A model generated the notes under the pieces. The model had not been told where the DNA came from, searched no databases, and worked only from the letters and a program-made list of their open reading frames with translations. This document shows, piece after piece, positions 11,666 to 24,869 of a stretch of 64,000 bases of DNA. The number at the start of each line of letters is the position of its first letter. The stretch's first letter is position 1. The stretch comes from Malacoraja senta (lineage: Eukaryota), in NCBI GenBank assembly GCA_038087875.1, contig CM075982.1, positions 14,508,001 through 14,572,000 on the forward strand. Direction: 5' to 3'. Position numbers and translations under genes: made by a program.

Positions 11666-12949
11666 CTGATGCTTGGGGGGGGGGGGCAGCTGTAATGCCA
11701 TTTGATTAACTAGTCCATTCTCAAAATGTCACACTTCAATTGGATACATCAAATCTGTTTGTACTCACTTACCATTTATTTTATGTTTCATCCAAGTGCA
11801 CCTTGATGATTTCAATATTCCGATCACTTAACCTTTCTGATAATTAGACACATGCTGAACAGCAGCTTTGTCTTTCATGATCACGGATCAGGTAATGATC
11901 CTCCCATGCACTTCAGCATCTAACTACATCTGAAACAGATACAGAACAAGGCAGCCTTTTACACTGAAGGGAACTGGAGTACTTGTCTACTGTAATCCAT
12001 TCATTGATTCACAGTAGAAATGACAAAAGGTTTACACGATTCGAATCATTGCTAATTAATCTCTCACATCATCAATCTCAGTGACACCTCTCTGCCAACT
12101 CTGTTAATGACAGCAGCCTAGAATATTTTAGCACTGTTATCAGTAATGAACATTTAATGCATTTGCATCATTTTAATAATTATTGTAAATTTTCAATTGA
12201 ACCAAAAGTTGCCAGCATTAAAATAACGGAATATATCGGCATTGGCTCTTATTTCCTTGTTTTTTTGAGACACAAATTATCTCCCGACATTTCTACAATA
12301 GCAACTGCATTTCAAAAAGTATGCTATTTGGGCATAGGATGCACTAGATGCTGTGATTGGTGTTGTGTCATTTTGTCTTGCTCTTTTGTTATCTATGATC
12401 CTGCATACATAATTTCATGATTACATCCATGAATGCTTACACTCTGTGCATCTTCACATAACCTAAGGTGATCTACTGGGAGTTTTATGATTCTCCATGA
12501 GGTATGGGTTTGAGAGTCCGAAATCCCAAATACCTGTATTATTCTGTACATACAAAACAATGTTGACCAAAAGACATAACTCCCCTTATATTATTTCTCT
12601 TCAAATCCTTATTTTTCCCTCTAAACTATTATTACTATTTTATTCTTTAATTTCATCTACCTGCACCATTGATTTATTGCCTGGCTGTTTACTTAAGTTT
12701 CTTGATCTCAGACATTACCATAATCTCACACAAGCCCTCTCCAAAAGATCTGGGACCAGAAACATTAACTGTTTCTCTTTTCACAGACGCTCCCTGATCT
12801 GCTGAGTGTTTCTTGCATTTTTCTTTTTTCTTTTAGATTTCCAACCTTTTTATTTTCATCCCCTGTTATGGCACTTGGAGTTAAGGAGTAGGATTGCAGA
12901 GTAAACATGCTAACATCAAGGGAAAAGACAATCTATTTTAATTATTCAT

Positions 12950-13990
12950 ACTTTTGAATGGGCACATCACTGACGATGCATCATTTAATGCCCATCCCTA
13001 ACTTCTCTTGTAAAGGAGGCACAGTGGTGCAGCAGTAGAGCTGCTGCCTCACAGTGCCAGAGATCTGGGTTCAATCCTGACTACAGGTGCTCTCTTTGCA
13101 GAGTTGTCTGTTCTCCCCGTGGCCGTGTGTTTTTTCTCTGGGTGCTCCAGTTCCTCCCACATTCCATAGATGTGCAGGTTTGTAGGTTAATTGGCATCTG
13201 TAAATTGCTTCTAGTGTGTAGGATGCGACAGTGGGAAACATAGAACTAGTGTACAGGTGATCGATGTTCGGCGTGGACTTGGTGAGCTGAAGGGCCTGTA
13301 ACTCTAAATTAAAAAGGCTTCAAGCTACCTTCTTGCAGCTCTGTAATCTTTGATGAATCTACTCTTGCTGTACTTTGGTTAAGACCCATCCATTTGCAAT
13401 GAAGGAGATATATTTCTAACATTAAATGCCATTGGATTTGAAGTTGGTGTTCCAACCAGTCTATTGTCTTTTACATCAGGATGACAGAGGTTATGGGTTT
13501 GTGATTTGCTGTCCAATAAGTTTTAGCCAGTCACTAAAATAAATGATATAGATGGTAAACACTTCAGTCACAAGATATTGGAGGAAGGCAATATTCAGGA
13601 TGGTTGTGAGGTGTTTTGTTCCAGATGATGCTAGTTTTTTTTTAACATAATAGAAACATCACGCCACTAGGTAACTGAAGAGTATCCATTGTGCTCCTTG
13701 CTTTGTGCCTTTTAGATAATGGGAAGGCCTTGGGGAGTCAGGAGGTGAGACATTTGCCACAGGACACCCAGCCTCTGATCGTGTAGCCTCAGTATTTACA
13801 TCAATGATGACTTCTAGGATGTTTATAGTGGGGAGTATTAGATAATAGCAATGTTAAGGGAGAGGAGAGGGATTGTTGGGATTGCCAAAGTAAACTTAAT
13901 GTGCCAAATGGCCTCCTCTGCATTATGAAATATATGGAGTTGAACAGTGATTGGGAATGGAAGGAATTCACTATTGTTATTATCAACAAT
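12950..13990 (-). mobile_element. Old CR1-clade LINE 3' part, interrupted by a SINE
   Basis: Reverse-complement 3' end GCATCATTTAATGCCCATCCCTAA; related copies at about 24870-25720 (minus), 26740-26930 and 38960-39220 (plus). Confidence 0.55.
13018..13313 (+). mobile_element. tRNA-headed SINE (HE1/V-SINE-like), full length
   Basis: A box TGGTGCAGCAGTAG, B box GGTTCAATCC, V-domain, CR1-like tail GCTGAAGGGCCTGT. Confidence 0.9.
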
Positions 13991-15119
13991 ATTTTTGCAA
14001 TGCATCAATAATTCAGCAAAAATTCTGACACGATTAATGACGCAGTAAACCTTCGTCATCCTCCAGAGAATGGTCCAGGAACGGGGTTGGAATTAGATCT
14101 GGTCTACTTATTGCCCGGGGTTGTTCTATTCCTCGTACAAGCAATCAGGAGAACAAATTGAGACTAAAAACCGCAGCTGATGAGATTATCTTTGTTTCAG
14201 TGCTGTCGGATTCTGGCAAGCCCATTCCTTAAACAAATTCAGAAATCACAGGCTGGCGCTCTGCAATTTTGCAACATATGCCAGGAACTGGGACAGCACA
14301 GTTCGAAGCTTTAATCTCTCTGCATGGTACCAAGACACATGACCCCCCTGCAATAGCATTGGTAACATACTCCCATCCCTGACAAGAATAAAAATTCATC
14401 CTAATAAAATGAGTGACAATTAAAATGTAGGCTTAGACACTGTTCAAAGCAAAATAAACTAGCAGAGATCCAGAGCAGTACAGGAATGCTAATGTAACCT
14501 AAAATTGGAACAGCCTAATAACTACAGTATGCAGTAATCACTTGCTCAAATTGATGTTGGTTTTACAGCCTCAGGCCTTTGCTGTGTATTTTCCCTTAAA
14601 ATAAAATTTCACAAAAGAAACAAAGCGAACTTTCAAACCCTGCAGTTGAACGGATTTTATTGCAGAACAATCATATCATCCAAGATAATGGAACATCGAA
14701 AGAATTCATTGGAACAATGCAATGCCAAGAAAAATCTTAATTGTATTGCTCGCCCTGGAAAACACATGAGTTGTTAATGGGCCAGGAAGCTATAATAGGC
14801 AGATCAACCCCTTCAATAATGCTTCTCAAGTGTATAAATTTTGAAAGAATAAGCTTATTGCTGCTTTTGGAGCAGTCATGCAGTGCTACAGCATGAAAAC
14901 AAGGCATGAAATTGAACCACAAAACGCAGTCAGAATCTGACAACTGGGGTTATAGAGTTACTGGAATAATGGGTAGTGCTGAAAGTGGCATCAGTAAAAC
15001 ATGTAAGATGAGCCCATCAATGAGATAGGTTATTTTCAGTGGAGTAGCCTTGGCTATATATGCAGTCCACCTGAAATATTTCTACATGAACAGTAAATGT
15101 ACATTATTGTTGACTGTTG

Positions 15120-15257
15120 AAGATACAAGAAAGAGACTGCAGATGTTGAAGTCTTGAACAAAGACCAAATTACTGGAGAAACTCAGTGGGTCAGACATCT
15201 TCTGTGGAGGGAATTGGACGGACATGGTTTTTGGATCGGGACCTTTCTTCAGACTGA
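15120..15257 (-). mobile_element. PLE terminal fragment
   Basis: Reverse complement of CTGAAGAAAGGTCCCGATCC..CTGAGTTTCTCCAG..CATCTGCAGTCTC. Confidence 0.7.
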
Positions 15258-15774
15258 TGGTAAGGGTGAACGCTAGAAGATGTAAGAGGGAGTTGGCCAC
15301 CTGGCCCCTCAAGCCTGCACCACCATTCAATAAGATCATGGTAAATGTATCCCAGGACTCAATTCCTACTCTATGCCAGTTCCCCATAGCGCATAATTTC
15401 TCAATCTTTCAAAATATAACCTACCTTTAAATACTTCTAATGAGCTATCTTCATAATTCTCTCGGGCAGCGTATTCCAGAGATTCATGCTTCAGGGTTTC
15501 TGCACTTTGTGAAATAATAGGCTCACCTCCCAAACGTAATTTTTGTGTCCACTGTCACCTCTGAGCTCAAAGGTTGTGATACATGTTCATGGATCCAGAC
15601 CCAAGTTGAGATGATCAAGGCTTCCCAAGTAGACCTCTTTGGGGGTGTTGTACTCTGGCAGGCATCACTTACTAGAAGAAACTTGCAACCAAATTGCAGC
15701 CTATCATAATTAATCATAAAGTTGAGCAAGGAAGATCTCCCAGCATCTTGCCCAATTTTTAATCCCTTAACCAA

Positions 15775-17045
15775 CAAGTAACCCTTGCTTTCCCTCTCTC
15801 TCCATCCCTCCCCCCACCCTAGTTGTCGTACTAGTTTCACTGTCCTCAAGATTAATTTTACTGTTTGTATGCATCGTTGTCAGCTTCCACTCTTCCAACA
15901 ATGAAGACAATGACATTTCCTTGAGCATCATCTGCTTTGATCTGTTCTTTTCACACCTTACATTTTCTTTGTGCCCTTCCATATCTCATTTCCCTCTCCC
16001 CTGACCCTTAACCCAAAACATCACCTATTCCTTCTTTCCAGAAACATAGAAACTTAGAAAATAGGTGCAGGAGTAGGACATCCGGCCCTTCGAGCTAGCC
16101 CCGCCATTCAATATGATCATGGCTGATCATTCAAAATCAGTTCCCCATTCCTGCTTTCTCGCCATATCCCCTGATTCTGTTACCCCCAAGAGCTTTTTTT
16201 TAACTCTCTCTTGAAAACATTCAATGAATTGGCCTCCACTGCCTTCAGTGGCAGAGAATTACACAGATTCACAACTCTCTGAATCAAAAAGTGTTTCCTC
16301 ATCTCAGTCCTAAATGGCCTGCCCCTTATTCTTAAACTGTAACCCCTGGTTCTGGACTCCCCCAACATTGGGAACATTTTTCCTGCATCTAGTCTGTCCA
16401 ATCCCTTAAGAAAGTTATATGTTTCCATAAGATCCCCTCTCATCCTTCTATATTCCAGTGAAAATAAGCCCAGTCTTTAATCATGTGTCAGTCCCACCAT
16501 CCCGGGAATTAACCTGGTGAGCCTACGCTGCTGTACTCTCTCAATAGCAAGAATGTCCTTCCTCAAATTAGGAGATTAAAAATGCACACGGTACTCCAGG
16601 TGTGGTCTCACCAGGGCCCTGTACAACTGCAGTAGGACCTTCTTGCTCCTATACTCAAATCCTCTCAATATGAAGGCCAACATTCCATTTGCTTTCTTCA
16701 CCGCCTGCTGTACCTGCATGCTTGCTTTCAGTGACTGATGTACAAGGACACCCTGGTCTCGTTGTACCTCCCCTTTTCCTAATCTAACACCATTCAGATA
16801 ATAATCTAACTTCTTGTTCTTACCTCCAAAGTGGATAACCTCACATTTATCCACATTATACAGCATCTGCCATGCATCTGCCCACTCACCCAACCTATCC
16901 AAGTCACACTGCAGCCTCACAGCATCCTCATCACAGCTCACACTGCCACCCAGCTTTGTGTCATCTGCAAACGTGTAATCCGCAAACTGTCATCCGCAAA
17001 CAGAGATACTGCCTGTCACACTGAGTTACTCCAACATTTAGTATC
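15775..17045 (+). mobile_element. PLE 3' UTR and terminus split by a CR1 insertion
   Basis: 15775-16041 matches the PLE UTR at 31790-32193 (reverse); continues CAGAGATACTGCCTGTC..GAGTTACTCC at 17001. Confidence 0.75.
16042..17001 (-). mobile_element. 5'-truncated CR1 LINE
   Basis: ORFs 16576-16941 and 16180-16443 (LQCDLDRLGEWADAWQM..KCEVIHFG..RPHLEY); truncated at the FADD motif; TATGTTTC-type tail. Confidence 0.95.
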
Positions 17046-17059
17046 GATCTAAAAAGAAG

Positions 17060-17190
17060 GGTCTGCTTGTACATTGTTGCTTGTATTGGCTCGTGCACAA
17101 TTTGGCCATATTTTTTCCTGACCTTCACTACAACAAAGTACTTCATTGGCTGTGAAGCCCTTGAGACATCGTGAAATTTTGAAAAGAGCT
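17060..17190 (+). mobile_element. Deu-domain SINE remnant (SacSINE1-like)
   Basis: GTGCACAATTTGGC..AAAGTACTTCATTGGCTGTGAAGC..TTGAGACATC; related decayed copies near 12260, 26055, 29920, 31680, 32950, 43340 and 58920. Confidence 0.55.
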
Positions 17191-17282
17191 TTTTTCATTG
17201 GTTGAGTAGACTTTGATTCAAACTGGAAGCACTATTTTAAATGAAAAACAGATTGTAAGTTATGAGTCACGCAGATAGATCT

Positions 17283-17568
17283 TTAGTTCAGTTGGGAGCT
17301 ACAGCGCGGAAACAGAGCCTTCGGCCCACAGAGTCCGCACTGACCAGCGATCACCACTCACTAACACTAACCGACACACACTAGGGACAATTTTACCAAG
17401 CCAATTAGCCTACAAACCTGTACATCTTTGGAGTGTGGGAGGAAACCGGAGATCCCGGAGTTCACGCAGGTGATGGGGAGAACGTACAAATTCCGTACAG
17501 ATAGTAAGGATCAAACCTGGGTCTCATCTGCTGTAAGGTAACACTCTACCACTGCGCCACCGCGCTGC
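17283..17568 (-). mobile_element. tRNA-headed SINE (HE1/V-SINE-like)
   Basis: Same sequence family as 13018-13313, reversed. Confidence 0.9.
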
Positions 17569-18264
17569 ACTTGACATAGAAACTGAGGTATTGGTGATTA
17601 TTGTTGTAAATGAATCCCATCTCCTGGTTACTTCCAGCCCAAATTGAGGAAAAAATTTTACATGTACCTTGCATTTCTCCGTGAAGTTAACACTGCCAAC
17701 AATCATTTAAAATAAACTAGTTAATAACTCTGCTAATATAGGGTGAGGAGCAATGTCGCAATATCCTGTTGCAATAATAATCAATAACAATCCGTCTAGA
17801 AAAGGTTGCTGACCTGAAACGTCACCCATTCATGTTCTCCAGTGATGCTGCCTGACCCGTTGAGTTAGTCCAGCACTTTGTGTCTTTTTTCTCTCTAACC
17901 TCAGCTCACCAGGAAGGAGTTTCAGTCAAGCCACCTCAAGTCAGTCACACACTGGCTGCAAAAGCAATTGAAGAAAACAGTCTGAGCTAAATGTTGTAAT
18001 GAGAAGAGCTGCTTCTGTAATGAGCTGGTGTGATTTGTCAGTTACCTGTTACCCCAAAGCCACTAGCCAGCCACCATCATGTGAACCACTCCCAACACTC
18101 TGATTTATTTCCTGGCCTTCTTCCAGATCTCCGCTGAATCAGTTCTTCATCCCTCAGTGTCCGCGAGGGCTTCTAAATCAGAGCACGCCTCCCTGTGCTC
18201 TACATTTAGACGTTTACTTCATGTGCAAGTTCAAATTCACCTGGCCCCTTTTAAGCTGTTTAAT

Positions 18265-18567
18265 GGGAACCAGGGGCCACAGTTTAGGAATAAGTGGTAA
18301 GCCATTTAGAACGGAGATGCTGAAATACTTTTTCACACAGAGAGTTGTGAGTCTGTGGAATTCTCTGCCTCAGAGGGTGGTGGAGACCAGTTCTCTGGAT
18401 GCTTTCAAGAGAGAGTTAGATATAGCTCTTAAAGATGGAGTAAAGGGATATGGGGAGAAGGCAAGAACGGGGTACTGATTGTGGATGATCAGCCATGATC
18501 ACATTGAATGGCGGTGCTGGCTTGAAGGGCCAAATGGCTTACTCCTGTACCTATTGTCTATTGTCGA
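18265..18567 (+). mobile_element. CR1 3' end
   Basis: TRGHSL..FFTQRVVSLWNSLP..GYGEKARTGY; (ATTGTCT)n tail as at 9480. Confidence 0.9.
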
Positions 18568-18609
18568 TACCTGCTGTAATTTTAGTTCAAATTCTGTGTC
18601 CTAACTCTG

Positions 18610-19430
18610 ACAAGACTACTATGTACCTCATAGGGGACCCTTGGACTATCTTTGATCAGACTTTACTGGCTTTACCTTGCACTAAACATTATTCCTTTAT
18701 CATGTACTTGTACACTGTGTATGGCTCAATTGTCATCATGCTAGATGCAGGAAGGATTTGAGTATAGGAGCAGGGAGGTTCTACTGCAGTTGTACAGGGT
18801 CTTGGTGAGACTACACCTGGAGTATTGCGTACAGTTTTGGTCTCCAAATCTGAGGAAGGACATTATAGCCATAGAGGGAGTGCAGAGAAGGTTCACCAGA
18901 CTGATTCCTGGGATGTCAGGACTTTCATATGAAGAAAGACTGGATAGACTTGGCTTATACTCGCTAGAATTTAGGAGATTGAGAGGGGATCTTATAGAAA
19001 CGTACAAAATTCTTATGGGGTTGGACAGGCTAGATGCAGGAAGATTGTTCCCGATGTTGGGGAAGTCCAGGACAAGGGGTCACAGCTTAAGGATAAGGGG
19101 GAAATCCTTTAAGACCGAGATGAGAAAAAACGTTTTCATACAGAGAGTGGTGAATCTCTGGAACTCTCTGCCACAGAGGGTAGTTGAGGCCAGTTCATTG
19201 GCTATATTTAAGAGGGAGTTAGATGTGGCCCTTGTGGCTAAAGGGATCAGGGGGTATGGAGAGAAGGCAGGTACGGGATACTGAGTTGGATGATCAGCCA
19301 TGATCATATTGAATGGCGGTGCAGGCTCGAAGGTCCGAATGGCCTACTCCTGCACCTATTTTCTATGTATCTATGTATCCATGTATTGTCTTTCCGCTGG
19401 CTGGTTAGCATGCAATAAAAGCTTTTCACT
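18610..19430 (+). mobile_element. Rex1/Babar-type 3' UTR split by a CR1
   Basis: Collinear with the uninterrupted copy at 19983-20241; CATG on both sides of the CR1. Confidence 0.7.
18741..19378 (+). mobile_element. Young 5'-truncated CR1 LINE
   Basis: Open frame 18745-19284 (179 aa, CR1 ORF2 C-terminus), nearly identical to 55455-56090; TATGT(T/A)TC tail. Confidence 0.95.
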
Positions 19431-19627
19431 TTTCCATTCTATTTTTTTTAAACAAATCTTATTCAGACAATAGGTCGCATTTACGAAAAAGGAATACATA
19501 ATCTTTGCTTGCCTTAAGTATTGAAGACAAGGGGTGGGATACAGGCAATTACCTTTTAGCAAGTGCAAGGTCTTGGATGGATATGTTTGAGATATGTGAA
19601 ATAGAATGGAGGATGAGAAAAGAAAAG

Positions 19628-19742
19628 GAGGAAAGAACTGCAGATGCTGGTTTAAATCGAAGGTAGGCACAAAATGCTGGAGTAACTCAGCGGGACAGGC
19701 AGCATCTCTGGAGAGAAGCTTACTCCAGCATTTTGTGTCTAT
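19628..19742. mobile_element. Fold-back PLE terminal insertion
   Basis: Reverse PLE end followed by short forward TTACTCCAGCATTTTGTGTCT; GAGAAAAGA on both sides. Confidence 0.75.
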
Positions 19743-19982
19743 CAGGAGAAAAGATAGGTCAGGATTAATGTGTCCTTATACAGAAATGGCTACCGTGACA
19801 GGAATTCTGTGTAATGGCACAGCTTTAACTTGGGTAGTGCTTTAAATATTCCCAACATTAAACTTTATAGAAATAATTACAAAGATAAAAAGAAAAGGAA
19901 ATATCATAGCTCAAATTACTAAAAGTGTTATAAAGTGTTGGGATACTGAAGAGTTGCTCTGGATCATGTCTCTATAATTAGG

Positions 19983-20241
19983 AATCAGACAACTGAACCA
20001 TCCTACCTCAACCAGAGAGCAGTCCTGAACTACAATCTACTTCATCAGGGACCATCAGACTCTCTTTGATCAGACTTTACTGGCTTTACCTTGCACTAAA
20101 TGTTATTCCCTTATCATGTGTCTGTACACTGTGTATGGCTCGATTATAATCATGTATTGCCCTTCCACTGGCTGGTTAGCATGCAACAAAAGCTTTTCTC
20201 TATACCTCGGTACACATGCCAATAAAATAAACTGAACTGAA
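19983..20241 (+). mobile_element. Rex1/Babar-type 3' UTR
   Basis: ATCAGACAACTGAAC..CCTTGCACTAAA..TACCTCGGTACACATGCCAATAAA with (AACTG)n tail. Confidence 0.7.
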
Positions 20242-21194
20242 GGATATGCCCTATAATAATACTAACCATCCTTCATGATCTGTATTTTGTGTGTTGATAT
20301 TAAGGAATAGAAGAGATTAACAGATTAATGGCTGTGCTGAATTAATCAGACTGTGAATTAATGAGAAGACTGGACCACCCAAAGGCAACCTTGTAGAATG
20401 TCAACAATGGAGGTTAAAACTTATTGTATAAAGTTTTATAAAGCAAGATGTTACACCTTCAGTGGGGATAGGTATGATGACAGACTTCTAATAAATACAC
20501 CAGAAAATTGCCCTGTTGGAGGGAGACATTTTAGGGACAATGATCATAAAATAAGTTGGTTTCAAGTCAGAACAGATAAAAGAAAAACAAGAAAGAAAAT
20601 AAAAGTACATGTGTTAGACTGGAAAAGATGTTAGACTGTACAGACACTCCAAAAGATAAGTCGGCCAAACCATTTACAACAAAAGATGGTATGCTTGGAG
20701 AATACAAAAGAAGAGACTCAAGACTTACTCACAGTAACTTTAGATGCGTATCGAATATTGCTCTGATTTAAACATTAAACTAAATCAAACAAAGGCAGAA
20801 TGTTGCTGGCGCTGGAAATGTAATGGAAAGTCATTAACCTGAAACATTAAGTCAGTTTCTTTCTCAACGGACCTGCTGACTATTTCCAGCATTTAAAAAA
20901 AAAAAAATTGTCTGTTGCATTATGCAACGGTCAATATAGTGCAAACACAATTCAATTTAAGAATTCAGTTTAATGTATCAGTTCAATGTATTGCAACACA
21001 GTTCAGATAAACAAGCAAAAAAAGATCAACATTAGGCGTACAGATCCAACACCACCAACCCTTCACAAAACCTAAACACATATCTCCTAGTCTCCCCTCA
21101 ACTAAACAAAGAAATATCCTCAAATAACTTAGTTAAATGTAATTTATCATTCATATCCCCATGTTGGCCCTGCTCAATCACATTGTTATTTTCA

Positions 21195-21705
21195 AGCGGC
21201 TTTATTCAAGGTCTGCAGTCTGCAGTTTGATGGCATCCTGCGATTTGGTGGGCGGCGCTGGATCAAAAACACCGCTGAGTCGAAGCTCCAACCGGCGCGG
21301 CCTGAAGTCCACGGGCATCGCAGTCTCCGGGGAAGGAGCGGCCGCACCAGACACTTCAAGGCCGCTGAGGACTTTTCCACCCGATGGCGGTGTTCCAGCT
21401 TCCCGGCGGGTGGGCCTATAATCATCGGGCTGTTGCGGCGACTGGCTGCAGTGGCCTCAAACTGGCCCCGACCTCGGGTAGACTAGGAGGAGGAGGAGGA
21501 CTGGACACTTTAGTGCCTTCCCTCACAGTGGAGAGTGTAGATTCTGCTGTGGGGGGATGTTCGTGTTGAATCTCTTACAGTGTGTTGTGTCATTTTTTTT
21601 CTACCTCTTTTTATTATTTATATGGATAATTTTCTCTGTAAAGCACTTTGGCTTCTTTGATTGAAATTGATTGAAAAGTGCTATATAAATAAATTTACTT
21701 TACTT
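21195..21705 (+). mobile_element. GC-rich non-autonomous retroelement with hairpin core and L2-type tail
   Basis: CpG-rich body, hairpin 21518-21557, tail TGTAAAGCACTTTG..GAAAAGTGCTATATAAATAAA(TTTAC)n. Confidence 0.7.
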
Positions 21706-21976
21706 TCCTTTAATGGTTTAATATCTTATCCACAGGTTAGCACCTCTGACATAGCTGCATTTCCTCAGTATTGTAATGTTGATGTGGGTTAAGCTTTGAG
21801 ATTCTGGGGTGGGACTTAAAGATATAATGAGTGCTTTGCAGCAAAAATAGCCAAATTAATTACTTCTACATCATTATCCAAATTAACATTTCAACATTTT
21901 CCCCATTTCATGAACGTTCCTTCATTTCACATTATAAACTGAAATAAGTAGTGTTGATTTCAGATTTTCCTTCTGA

Positions 21977-22867
21977 AGGGCCTGTCCCACTTTCACGACT
22001 TAATTCTTTCATCCCGACCATTTTTTTACTCGTGGACATTTTTTATTGGGCTGGAAAAAACGTCCCGACTTACCTGATGCCACGAGTACCTATGGCTAGC
22101 ATAACGAGCCGCTACGATATATCTACGAACTCCTACGACCTCCTACGGACTCGTTACGAACATTCTGCGAGTTTGAATCAGGGGAACATGGGAGAATTCG
22201 TGAATTACCTCGTGAATTATTACACTAATGCAATTATCAAGAAAGCACATCAGTGTCTCTACTTCCTGAGAAGATTACGGAGAGTCAGTTTGTCAAGGAG
22301 GACTCTCTCTAACTTCTGCAGGTGCACAGTAGAGAGCATGCTGACCGGTTACATCGTGGCTTGGTTCGGCTACTTGAGCGCCCTGGAGAGGAAAAGACTA
22401 CAAAGAGTAGTAAACACTGCCCAGTCCATCATCGGCTCTGACCTTCCTTCCATCGAGGGGATTTATCGCAGTCGCTGCCTCAAAAAGGTGGGAAGTATCA
22501 TCAAGGACCCACACCATCCTGGCCACACACTCATCTCCCTGCTACCTTCAGGTAGAAGGTACAGGAGCCTGAAGACTGCAACAACCAGGTTCAGGAATAG
22601 ATACTTCCCCACAGCCATCAGGCTATTAAACCTGGCTCGGACAAAACTCTGATCATTAATAACCCATTATCTATTATTTGCACTTTATCCGTTTATTTAT
22701 TCATGTGTGTATATATTTATATAATGGTATATGGACACACTGATCTGTTTTGTAGTAAATGCCTACTATGTTCTGTGTGCTGAAGCAAAGCAAGAATTTC
22801 ATTGTCCTATCAGGGACACATGACAATAAACTCACCTGAACTTGAACTTGAAAGTGGGACAGGCGCT
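21977..22867. mobile_element. PIF/Harbinger-like MITE carrying a nested Rex1 fragment
   Basis: 17-bp TIRs AGGGCCTGTCCCACTTT (21977-21993) and AAAGTGGGACAGGCGCT (22851-22867, one mismatch); flanks TGA and TAA. Confidence 0.75.
22217..22852 (+). mobile_element. 5'-truncated Rex1/Babar LINE
   Basis: IIKKAHQCLYFLRRLRR..CTVESMLT..IIKDPHHPGH..LPSGRRYRS..FPTAIRLLN; (CTTGAA)n tail. Confidence 0.9.
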
Positions 22868-23749
22868 TAAGGCAAACTTTTGGATCCACCTCCTCTCCTC
22901 TGCTGTTTAACACAAGTGTGTCTCCCTCCCCACATCTCCATATTCTATTCAAAGCACAATAACATTTTCACACCATTCACAAGCAAAAACAAATGTTTGA
23001 TGATGTTTTCAGTTTATGTTACAGAAATAAACCGAACACCAAACTTCTGGAGCACTAAATGTATCAAGCAGCATCTGTGTGTGTGAGAAGAATTGTCGAC
23101 GTTTCAGGTTGAGACCCTGCATTAGGACTTGAGTGTTCAATTGCAAAATATTAAAGAGTTCACCCTCACATCTTCATCATCTTTTTTGCGTTCATTTCAA
23201 GCATACATTTTGAATCTGTTTTTCAATTCTTATTTCAAATTCCAATAATCACTTTTGAATGACTTTTCTTAACTCAGCTTGATGGATCGATCTATTTCTC
23301 CTGTCTATGCCTGTGCAGAGTTATGATTTAAATGACATTTCAATCTGATCTCTAGATATTGAAGATAAACATTGTGATTCCTCCATACAAATACAGCTTC
23401 ATTTTTATTTTTTGAGAAAACTCATTCAGGCATTGAAATCCTATTTTCCAGAGGTAATTATTGTCTTAGTTGACATTGCAGATGGTTTTTCTTCTCAACC
23501 AGTGCTTTTGTCACTGCCATTTCAAATTGAAAGGAGCAGCGATGATTTTATTTTGGTCTGTGTTTCTAAATCATGCTATTATATTTCAATCCGTTTCTTT
23601 TGTCCACACTCCAAGATATACTGTCATCATTTAAATTAGAATATTATTTCAGAATTCAATGTGATCTTTGTATGAAGTACAACACAGTTAACACATGAGT
23701 TTCTAACTTCATCCCATCCCTTACTGGGATGTGGATATTGGCAGTGATA

Positions 23750-24048
23750 AAGTCATAAGTGATAGGAGTAGAATTAGGCCATTTGGCCCACCAAGTGTAC
23801 TCCACCATTCAATCATGGCTGATCTCTCTCTCTCTCCTAATCCCATTCTCCTGCCTTCTCCCCATAACCTTTGACATCTGTACTAATCAAGAATCTATCT
23901 ATCTCTGCCTTAAAAATATCCACTAATGACCTCCACTGCCTTCTGTGGCAAAGAATTCCACAGATTCACCACCGACTAAAGAAAATCCTTTAATTCTGAG
24001 GCTAGGACCTCTAGTCCTAGACTCTCCCATTACTGGAAACATCCTCGT
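23750..24048 (-). mobile_element. CR1 3' end
   Basis: Reverse complement of the family at 41488-41838. Confidence 0.85.
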
Positions 24049-24869
24049 CAAAATACTGCAGAGGTTGGAAGTCTGAAATTTATTTTTAATAACTGGAAAC
24101 ACTCATCAGGTTAGACAGCATCTGTGGAAAGAAAAACAGAGTTAACATTTAACGAATCAATGTTAAAATCCACAATAACAGAAAATGCTGAAACACTCTG
24201 CAGGTCAGGGGTATCTGTGGAAAAAGAAAACTTGCATCACAAAGCCCCTTCATCAAATCAGTCTTCAATCCCATAACATTCACTGTGTTTCTCTTTCTAC
24301 ATTTCTGTTATTCACCTTTCTCAGTGTAATTTTTGCCATTGGCATGAACTTGATTAATCAGAAATATTGCACTTGGGTAATGGCACGCCAGACCAAGAAG
24401 ATTGAATACATGATCTTTCTCTTATTTTCCATTCAGGTTCAGGGCAACATTTGCAAAGACATTTGTCACCAGTCTCAAAAAATCATGCGTCATGATTAAA
24501 AAAATGGCGAAGAGTGTTTTATTGTCATAGGACAATATTGTCATATTGTCAAAATGGAACAATGAAAATTCTTACTAAAAAAGAGAAAACGCTGGAAATA
24601 CTCAGCAATTCAGCAATGCCTGTGGGAATAGAAACAGAAGCGGGGATGAGACAGAAGAAGCTTGTTACTCTGCAGGGTGTGGTGTTTCCCATAGGATAAA
24701 ACTGGGATTGATGAAGGAGCATAGACATAAGAATGGAGGAGTTATAAACTGCTGAGCAGGATGACATTTCGGGTCGAGACCCTTCTTCAGATGACATAAC
24801 TGGCAAACCTAGCCGGTCACGAGAAAAGATCTGCGCCAATTTTCATCAGAGGGTTTTTTGATTTTCATT

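Noticed and set aside
13018-13090. tRNA-like sequence with A and B boxes
   Set aside because: It is the head of a SINE and continues into the V-domain and LINE-like tail; not a tRNA gene.
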